Part shown: one piece after another, positions 63,364-64,000 of the stretch
Layout of the letters: every line of letters begins with the position of its first letter
Numbering within the stretch: the first letter of the stretch is position 1
Assembly: GCF_036365525.1 (NCBI RefSeq)
Contig: NC_090371.1
Coordinates: 155,342,669-155,406,668, forward strand
Source of the DNA: Heterodontus francisci
Lineage: Eukaryota
DNA: 64,000 nucleotides
Direction of reading: 5' to 3'
Position numbers and translations under genes: made by a program
The notes under the pieces: model-generated
The model's database searches: none
Told to the model about the DNA's origin: nothing
The model's input: the letters and a program-made list of their open reading frames with translations, nothing else

Positions 63364-64000
63364 GCAGAATTTTTGAGGGGAGGCTGAAGCCCTGCTGCTG
63401 GGGGCGAAAGTGGGAACTGACTCCACTCTGACAGCGACTGGACCCAGGGGCAACATTTTGCCTCAATTGGATGGCAGCTTGTTCCCAAGATCTACCAACC
63501 CAATGGAAGGGCTAGCAGCCTGAGCAGCGCCATCACTAGCTCCAGGGCACTTCCGTGTCTTTGGGGAAGCTGGGGGCAGGCAGACCCCGGTGATGGCAAT
63601 GTGGTGGAGTGGGGGTTGTTACGGCAGTGGCGCCTTGAACACGGGGGTGGCCATTGCCACCTGTGGATCCCCTCCATGGGCCATGGATTTCCCATTAAAG
63701 AGGGACTTGGCCCCCCCTCCACCCTGGGAACCTGCTGGGAGGCTGCCAGGGTTTACTTGGCAGTCTACCCATGTGGCAATGGGCTCTCCTGGCATGGATG
63801 CCCGTGGGGGCAGGAAGTGGCCCTCAATCGGGCCATTCAATGGCTCAATTAGCCATCTGGTGGGCGGCCGCGCTGCTTTGGTTCCCGCTACTGGCAATAT
63901 GCCATGGCGGCGGGAAGACGTTGGTCTCCCCACCCAACACCTTACCCCACCACATTACCAGCCCTTCTGCCTCCCAGCCCATCTCCAATGGGCCGAGAAA
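63364..64000. mobile_element. Harbinger-type MITE, right end outside the window
   Basis: Starts gcagaatttt and shares internal motifs with the 0.8-kb family (cagcgcca..cagtggcgcc, ggccctcaat..ggcc). Confidence 0.6.

Noticed and set aside
1-64000. CRISPR arrays, operons or prokaryotic defence systems
   Set aside because: No regularly spaced repeat-spacer array is present. The content is vertebrate TE-rich DNA, and the RTs are LINE/Penelope type rather than retron or DGR type.

Overview
Eukaryotic, repeat-dominated vertebrate DNA, most likely from a shark or ray. The basis for that call is HE1-type V-SINEs, HER1/CR1 LINEs with esterase ORF1 and a DeuSINE. Most of the window is nested transposable elements. 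These are one near-intact CR1 LINE (ORF1 intact, ORF2 with a single frameshift), many truncated CR1s, three decayed two-gene PIF/Harbinger transposons with a set of MITEs sharing their terminal repeats, and a Penelope-like element with a minimal hammerhead ribozyme. There are also two related solo LTRs and a complete miniature LTR element (TRIM-like). The most unusual item is a decayed full-length single-ORF LINE that begins with a tRNA-like Pol III promoter. Two short copies made only of its 5' region and its tail lie in the same window, which suggests a LINE and its bipartite SINE offspring. No host gene can be named. A few minus-strand exon candidates are weakly supported. Almost all long ORFs in the supplied track are transposon-derived or antisense shadows of them. 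All alignments were done by eye and many boundaries are approximate.
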